Shown here: positions 58,540 to 61,583 of the stretch, piece by piece | Position numbering within the stretch: the stretch's first letter is position 1 | Layout: each line of letters begins with the position of its first letter | From: Patescibacteria group bacterium UBA2196 | Lineage (GTDB): Bacteria; Patescibacteriota; Patescibacteriia; UBA2196 | Assembly (NCBI GenBank): GCA_002328025.1 | Contig: DCVE01000010.1 | Span: forward strand, 1 to 61,583 | DNA: 61,583 nt | Reading direction: 5' to 3' | Program-made: the position numbers and the translations under genes | The notes under the pieces: model-generated | Told to the model about the DNA's origin: nothing | The model's database searches: none | What the model saw: the letters and a program-made list of their open reading frames with translations, nothing else

Positions 58540-58565
58540 CTCCTTTGATTTCAAAGGGGTTTTTT
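58540..58565 (+). terminator. intrinsic terminator after tRNA-Gly
   Basis: CTCCTTTGA-tt-TCAAAGGGG then TTTTTT. Confidence 0.7.
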
Positions 58566-58629
58566 GATTCTCAATTTTATATATTAAAAAACCACCAGTT
58601 TTATCACTAGTGGTTTTTGAGCGTGTTTG

Positions 58630-59745
58630 TTATCCCTTTAGCTTTTTCATTACCTCCGTGAATAAATTATAAGGGATAGACTTCCCAATTTTGGGAGGAC
58701 ATCCGCAGTTAAATGTACCTGAACGTTTGAAGTTTTCTGAGTTAACCCAGATTTCTTCCAAGCTTTGTTTAAAGATGTTTCCAAAGATAGTCGTATCGTT
58801 GCCAGGGCAACGAAGAACTTTTCCAGAAAGTGTGACATACATTCCGCAGGAAACTTGGTTACAAGGATGAGCTCCGGCATAGGGAGAAATTCCTTCCTCT
58901 TTAAGCTGTGCAATAGTTTGTATTCCTTTTTCGAGATTGAACTTATAAATCTTTGTGTAAAGATCAATCAGTTTTTCAGCGGATGGGGTAATTTGTTCCC
59001 AATTACAGGCCTTACCCCCAACCATTGTTGGAGTAACTATGACATAAATATTTCTTTCTCTACCCCATTGATAGATATTAAATATTTCGTCATAGTTTTC
59101 GAGTGTGACTGGATTTGAACCAATACACAAACGAGTTGGGTTTGATTGATTCAATCCACCTTCAACCAATCTAATCAAAGCCACGTTTCGTTTTTTAACA
59201 TAACCAGATACTCCCCCAACCATTTTTTCCTGTTTTTCAGTATCAAACGAGTTAAATCCCAATATTACACTTGCATTTACTTCATTTAATACTTTTACAA
59301 GATCAACTCCGTTTTCGATTCCGTAGTGACGGTTGTATCTTGCTGTGAGTTTATCGTCGCCGATGACGTGACCTTTTGTAAAAACGACAGGGATGACATC
59401 TTGAGATTTAAGAAACCTCAAAAATTCAACAAACCTGACATTTTCGAAAGGTTCACCCGCCCCAAGAAATTTCACAGAGCGAAGACCAAGTTTTTTTGCC
59501 TCTGTAATAAGATTTTTAGTTTCTTCAAAAGTCATTTTCCTTTGAACAGCATCTAAAACAGCAGTTCTACGGAAGCAGTGAGGGCAATTAAGAGAACAGA
59601 AGTTTCCTAAATCAATGTCTAAAGTTAAAATTTTACCCTTATTCTCATTCAATTGTTTTTGAGTAAAGTTCCAACCGTTTAAGTCATTAACAAAATCCGG
59701 AAATTGGCTGGGATAAATCACCGATATGCTTGATAGTGTTTTCAT
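58630..59745 (-). CDS. radical SAM enzyme with C-terminal auxiliary Cys-rich (SPASM/twitch-like) region
   Basis: CX3CX2C cluster CSLNCPHC, GGE-type motif LGAGEPF, C-terminal CNQVSCGMYV..GKVLRC..FNCGC; SD AAGGAG. Confidence 0.75.
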   Translation of the reverse strand: MKTLSSISVIYPSQFPDFVNDLNGWNFTQKQLNENKGKILTLDIDLGNFCSLNCPHCFRRTAVLDAVQRKMTFEETKNLITEAKKLGLRSVKFLGAGEPFENVRFVEFLRFLKSQDVIPVVFTKGHVIGDDKLTARYNRHYGIENGVDLVKVLNEVNASVILGFNSFDTEKQEKMVGGVSGYVKKRNVALIRLVEGGLNQSNPTRLCIGSNPVTLENYDEIFNIYQWGRERNIYVIVTPTMVGGKACNWEQITPSAEKLIDLYTKIYKFNLEKGIQTIAQLKEEGISPYAGAHPCNQVSCGMYVTLSGKVLRCPGNDTTIFGNIFKQSLEEIWVNSENFKRSGTFNCGCPPKIGKSIPYNLFTEVMKKLKG

Positions 59746-59910
59746 AGTAACTCTCCTTGATCAATTATTAACGAACATTTATTATTTTTATTTCAATTTA
59801 TTATACTAATTTGACAAATATTTGTAGGAATGATATGATAAATATATCAAAAAACGTCAAATTTGCGCTAAAATCAAATAATTCATTGTCGACGTAAAAT
59901 CCACAACTCT

Positions 59911-60669
59911 ATGATTAAAGATTTGTTAAAATATCTAAATTTTCCGGAAAAGGAAGCTACAGTTTATTTAGCCTTGATAGAAGTCGGGCAAGCCAAGGCG
60001 CGTGAAATCGCTCTAAAAACAGGTTTAAATCGGACCACGGTTTATGATCTGTGTGAATTGCTTATGAAAAAGGGGCTAATTAGTCAATATAAAAAAAGCT
60101 CCGGTACATATTTTAGTGCTTTAGAGCCGCAAAGATTATTGGGTTATTTAGATCGGGAAAAAGAAGAACAAAACAAGCAGATTGCTAGACAAAAGAAAAA
60201 AGTTGAGGAGTTATTACCTCAACTTATGTCTTTACAAAACATTTTTTCAACCAAACCTAAAGTTAAGTTTTTTGAGGGAGAAAAAGGCATGAGAGAGGCT
60301 TATGAAGATACTTTGACTTCCAAAGAAACTATTTTAGCTTATGCCAATGTCGAAACAGTTCATGCTGGTATACCAAATTTTTTCCCAGAATACTATCAAA
60401 GAAGAGCTAAGAAAAAAATTTCAATTAATGCAATTTTTCCGCAAAACAAGCTTTCTTTTGAACGTGCAAAGTTAGATCAGTTAGAACTACGCCAAACTAA
60501 ATTTCTACCCCAATCAAGTATGGTATTTTCTCCGGAAGTAAATATTTATAATAACAAAATGCTCATTGCTTCATGGCAAGAAAAAATGGCCATCATTATT
60601 GAAAGTAAAGAACTGGCTGATTTACAAAAATTAATTTTTAACCTGGTTTGGAATAGTTTGCCAAGATAA
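59911..60669 (+). CDS. TrmB-family transcriptional regulator
   Basis: N-terminal wHTH L.FPEKEATVYLALIEVGQAKAREIALKTGLNRTTVYD.L..L..KGLI; promoter TTGACA-17-TATGAT upstream. Confidence 0.75.
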   Translation: MIKDLLKYLNFPEKEATVYLALIEVGQAKAREIALKTGLNRTTVYDLCELLMKKGLISQYKKSSGTYFSALEPQRLLGYLDREKEEQNKQIARQKKKVEELLPQLMSLQNIFSTKPKVKFFEGEKGMREAYEDTLTSKETILAYANVETVHAGIPNFFPEYYQRRAKKKISINAIFPQNKLSFERAKLDQLELRQTKFLPQSSMVFSPEVNIYNNKMLIASWQEKMAIIIESKELADLQKLIFNLVWNSLPR

Positions 60670-60724
60670 ATAATTTATTAATAAAATTATCTTGAAGCCA
60701 AACAGATTTTAATTGGGCGGAAAT

Positions 60725-60755
60725 ATTCCCAATCGGCGGATTACCCGCTCCAAAA
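60725..60755 (+). repeat. decayed copy of tRNA-Gly 3' end
   Basis: ATTCCC + 10-nt insert + TTACCCGCTCCAAAA versus tRNA ATTCCCGTTACCCGCTCCAAAA. Confidence 0.55.
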
Positions 60756-60797
60756 GCACCAGATTTGTTTCTGGCGTTTTTGTTTTGTTGTGATAAA

Positions 60798-61370
60798 ATG
60801 GATAATATGAAAATTCCATATATTTTACTTATGAAAGTTGGTCCATACTGCGGTTATTCTTTAGATGAGATTATTAAAATTAAACAAGAGGAAGAGAGAC
60901 AGGTTGGAAAATTTTTCTGGGGATATGGCGGAGTTTTTTGTCGCCCACATACCATACAATCATTTGTTTCTTTTGCTAAGACTAGCCCCATAGTATTATT
61001 TACGGAGACAAAATCTAAATTTAATCCAGAAGAAAGTAACCGTTTTTATTCTTTTTCAAGCGATAACTCAGCGTGGAATCCGTTGGATAAGAATGTTCTT
61101 TTGGTCGGCAATAATGGCGTTCCACATTTTGCTATTACAGCCAAGAATCTGCGGGAGACAAAAATGGATATCAACCTAAACGATTATATTTCTTTTACTA
61201 GCATGGGTATGTTTCCAAATACGTATCAATATTTAGATGACTATTTTAGATATAGGGTTGATAAGGTGTGTGCTGTGTATAGCCCAGCTAGAGATAATAA
61301 TACAAAAAAAATGATCAGGATTTCTTATAGAGCTGATTTGGTTGAACCATACAGCGTTTTTATAAAGTAA
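60798..61370 (+). CDS. hypothetical protein (about 190 aa), no recognised domain
   Basis: ORF; start moved to ATG 60798 because the upstream part overlaps a terminator hairpin. Confidence 0.5.
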   Translation: MDNMKIPYILLMKVGPYCGYSLDEIIKIKQEEERQVGKFFWGYGGVFCRPHTIQSFVSFAKTSPIVLFTETKSKFNPEESNRFYSFSSDNSAWNPLDKNVLLVGNNGVPHFAITAKNLRETKMDINLNDYISFTSMGMFPNTYQYLDDYFRYRVDKVCAVYSPARDNNTKKMIRISYRADLVEPYSVFIK

Positions 61371-61439
61371 ACATGTTTTAGGTTGTTTGCTTTTTTATTT
61401 TTTTTATTCTAAAATATTTTAGTAATGTATTTTAAAAAT

Positions 61440-61523
61440 GCCCGGGTGGTGAAACTGGTATACACTCAGGACTTAAAATCCTGCGGTCGCAAGACCATGC
61501 GGGTTCGACCCCCGCCCCGGGCA
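61440..61523 (+). tRNA. tRNA-Leu(TAA)
   Basis: Long variable arm; anticodon arm CAGGA-CTTAAAA-TCCTG. Confidence 0.9.
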
Positions 61524-61569
61524 AATAATAAAGCTATGTTTTATGTTCTATACTTTATGTGGTACCGGG

Positions 61570-61583
61570 TAAAATCCTGCGGT
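61570..61583 (+). repeat. partial repeat of tRNA-Leu(TAA) starting in the anticodon loop, cut by window end
   Basis: TAAAATCCTGCGGT identical to 61474..61487. Confidence 0.4.

Larger units (their letters stand above)
58538..60740. mobile_element. possible tRNA-Gly-associated insertion segment (no integrase seen)
   Basis: Bounded by 15-nt direct repeat TTACCCGCTCCAAAA (58523..58537 and 60741..60755); each copy is followed by a terminator hairpin. Confidence 0.3.

Noticed and set aside
58366-58610. Two about 60-aa ORFs on opposite strands
   Set aside because: Both overlap tRNA-Gly(GCC) and its terminator.
58630-59745. Second radical SAM enzyme as a prokaryotic viperin or a KamA-type aminomutase
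   Set aside because: The CFRR after the cluster superficially resembles KamA, but the GGE-type LGAGEPF motif and C-terminal Cys cluster fit the MoaA/SPASM-like group. The viperin N-terminal and C-terminal signatures are absent.
1-61583. CRISPR arrays, rRNA genes, transposases, integrases, toxin-antitoxin pairs or known defence systems
   Set aside because: None was seen. The only regularly spaced repeats are the three parS palindromes, and there are no repeat-spacer arrays.

Overview
AT-rich, tightly packed bacterial chromosome segment covering the replication-origin neighbourhood (dnaN-dnaA / rpmH-rnpA-yidD-yidC). Most of it is translation, RNA-processing and cell-envelope housekeeping: infB, rbfA, nusA, nusB, rnc, rny, rplS, rpmF, rpmH, trmD, queA, tsaD/tsaE, cca, ruvB/ruvC, clpP, a class A PBP and lspA. 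I hand-folded 17 tRNA genes; only 2 encode CCA. The compact layout, small genes, a ComEA-lamin-tail protein plus PilT, large VWA adhesins and a LAGLIDADG gene fit a reduced-genome (CPR/Patescibacteria-like) organism, but that is inference only. The accessory or unusual parts are listed below.

- **Candidate peptide-modification cassette (5.4-7.1 kb):** a visibly G+C-richer radical SAM/SPASM gene is preceded by a strong SD, a 16-codon Cys-containing micro-ORF and an intrinsic terminator. An ABC-F ATPase lies upstream and an orphan structured transcript downstream.
- **Centromere-like array (46.0-46.3 kb):** three perfect palindromic parS-type sites are interleaved with DnaA boxes, about 4 kb from dnaA.
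- **tRNA-Gly segment (58.5-60.8 kb):** a 2.2 kb stretch bounded by a repeat of the tRNA-Gly 3' end carries a second radical SAM/SPASM-like gene and a TrmB-type regulator.
- **Free-standing LAGLIDADG homing endonuclease** next to tRNA-Leu(GAG).
- **tRNA-Ile with a UAU anticodon.**
- **Orphan consensus promoter** feeding about 400 nt of non-coding, structured sequence upstream of a DksA/TraR-like gene.

No CRISPR array, rRNA, transposase or integrase was seen.
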